64,000 bases of DNA, taken from contig NC_058368.1 in the NCBI RefSeq assembly GCF_018350175.1, positions 102,116,001-102,180,000 on the forward strand, in the 5' to 3' direction. Below, one piece after another: positions 62,533 to 64,000 of the stretch. Source of the DNA: Felis catus (taxonomy: Eukaryota). How positions within the stretch are numbered: the stretch's first letter is position 1; each line of letters opens with the position of its first letter. The position numbers were made by a program, and so were the translations under genes. The notes beneath the pieces were generated by a model, which was not told the DNA's origin, made no database searches, and was given only the letters and a program-made list of their open reading frames with translations.

Positions 62533-63136
62533 TGATGGGGTTTTGGAGTGCTGGGGGTTCGGAGCTGGCGGCCAAGAAAGAATTCTGGAAGGTGTCTTTG
62601 GTGCAAAAAAGGTGGCTTTATTAAAAGCACGGGGACAGGACCCGTGGGCAGAAAGAGCCGCAGTGGGGTTGTGAAGAGTGACTGCTTATATACCGTGGAG
62701 TTGGGGGAGGTAAAGTCAAGAGGAAGTTTCTAAAGAAGACTCAGATTACTGGAGGTCTAACTGTCGCCAACTAACACTGTTTTTCCCTCTAGCAAAGCAT
62801 TATTCTTAACACTGGAGGAAGCTCCTGGAGATGAGGCTATTGATAAGATTGCCCCTTTCTTGTAATACACCAAGAGATCTGTAAACTGCTGGAGACTCTA
62901 CCCATTTAACCATTTGTTTTCTGTCCTTTGCTTTGCCCTTGGGCAGCCAGGAATGCCTGAGGAAAGTCACACACATCCCACCTGGGGGGGGGGGGGGGAA
63001 GGTCAGCTTGTGCTTTGCCTTATGCTCTGGCATCAACACGGCTTCAGGGTCCATTCCAGGGCTTGGATTTCTGTCCTGAAGAGGAGACACCCTTTCTCCG
63101 TCTTCCAGAGCTACCCAGTCCCCTTTATTCATACCA
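62533..63136 (-). mobile_element. Solo ERV LTR, probably carnivore ERV1-type
   Basis: TG...CA ends; reverse poly-A signal tttatt near 62617; tatata near 62687; flanks cacgc / tacgt as a possible decayed TSD. Confidence 0.7.
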
Positions 63137-63529
63137 TACGTTTTTCCCCTGGCCACAAAATAATATTAGCCCAACAGAGGCCAGTATTCTACCTAAAGAT
63201 ACTGACTGAGAGGTTGAGTAGCAGTGCCAAAGGATCCTCTCGACAGATTTTAAAAATATGGGGAGTTTTTGGTTTAAAAAATGGTTAGGTAATTAATCCG
63301 AGAGAGAGAATACTGCGTGTTGCCCCCCCCCCCCCCCAGTTATCACCCACAAACCCTGCTGATGAGACAGGACTCAGTCTATTACTTATCACAACAATGG
63401 AGAACACTGCCTTCACAGAATTTTGGTGGTAACTCAGACGCAGAAAGATCAGAATGCACTCAGAACTGGAAGTTTGCATGAAATTAGGTCTTTCGATGGG
63501 TAGACTCCATAGGTTTGGGTGAGGACCAC

Positions 63530-64000
63530 GATGTAACAATTAAGACAAGTGATTAAGGGAGGAAATATCTTTCCCTCTCCTCTCTTAAGCTTAGTGATGG
63601 GGGCCTGTGAACGAAACTGACAAAAGATTCCCAGGAGGAAAACGTTTATTTGTTTGCACATGGCAGCCAGCAATAGAGGTCATAGACTCACTGAATAATT
63701 ACAGGGTTACAAACCTAACTTAGTAGGGGAAAGGGAGGTGGGAGAAAGGCTTCTGACAGAAAAAACAAATAGGTTTCTTTAAGAAAGCCATGTGGGTTTT
63801 TAGGAAAACAAATGGGAGATAACAAAAGTCTGTGATAATGGTTATCTACACACTATGAGAGGTCTTTCCTTCTCTTTCAGGGCCATAAAATTCCCCCAGA
63901 GAAAGGATTTCAATATATTTTATTCACTTTTTTTTTTCCTGCGAGTAAATCTGCCTAAAAGAAGGAATTTGGGGCAGCCTTATTTTCCAGAACTTGCTCT
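63530..64000 (-). mobile_element. ERV1-type LTR-like sequence running to the window edge
   Basis: aaactgacaaaagattcccaggaggaaaacgtttatt resembles the R/poly-A region of MER4/MER34-group LTRs. Confidence 0.45.

Noticed and set aside
1..64000. A novel multi-gene system, CRISPR array, operon, or rRNA/tRNA genes
   Set aside because: This is eukaryotic repeat-rich DNA. There is no repeat-spacer array, no gene cluster, and tRNA-like heads belong to CanSINEs.

Overview
Mammalian genomic DNA, almost certainly from a felid (cat family). It carries about 31 carnivore tRNA-derived CanSINEs, 8 of them near-identical young SINEC_Fc-type copies with intact target-site duplications (TSDs). It also has cat-type L1 3' ends, older eutherian repeats (MIR, L2, L1M, MLT1/MLT2, MER53, MER119, Tigger2, ERV LTRs) and microsatellites. 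I find no credible host protein-coding gene. The ORF track is SINE/L1 read-through or chance ORFs, and the only recognisable protein is decayed L1 ORF2. Several repeat-free blocks rich in homeodomain/POU/SOX motifs suggest a large intron or gene desert near a developmental regulator (inference only; I cannot name the locus). I do not see a new biological system. The best leads are: a TSD-bounded 5'-inverted L1 with a large internal gap and a nested SINE; a second inverted L1 missing its RT core; a double MER53 sharing one TSD; an old ~100-bp direct duplication next to a POU/SOX motif cluster; a palindromic octamer pair; a candidate 40-nt minus-strand exon; and a (CG)12(CA)n Z-DNA tract. Repeat family names are recalled from consensus sequences, and boundaries of old repeats are approximate.
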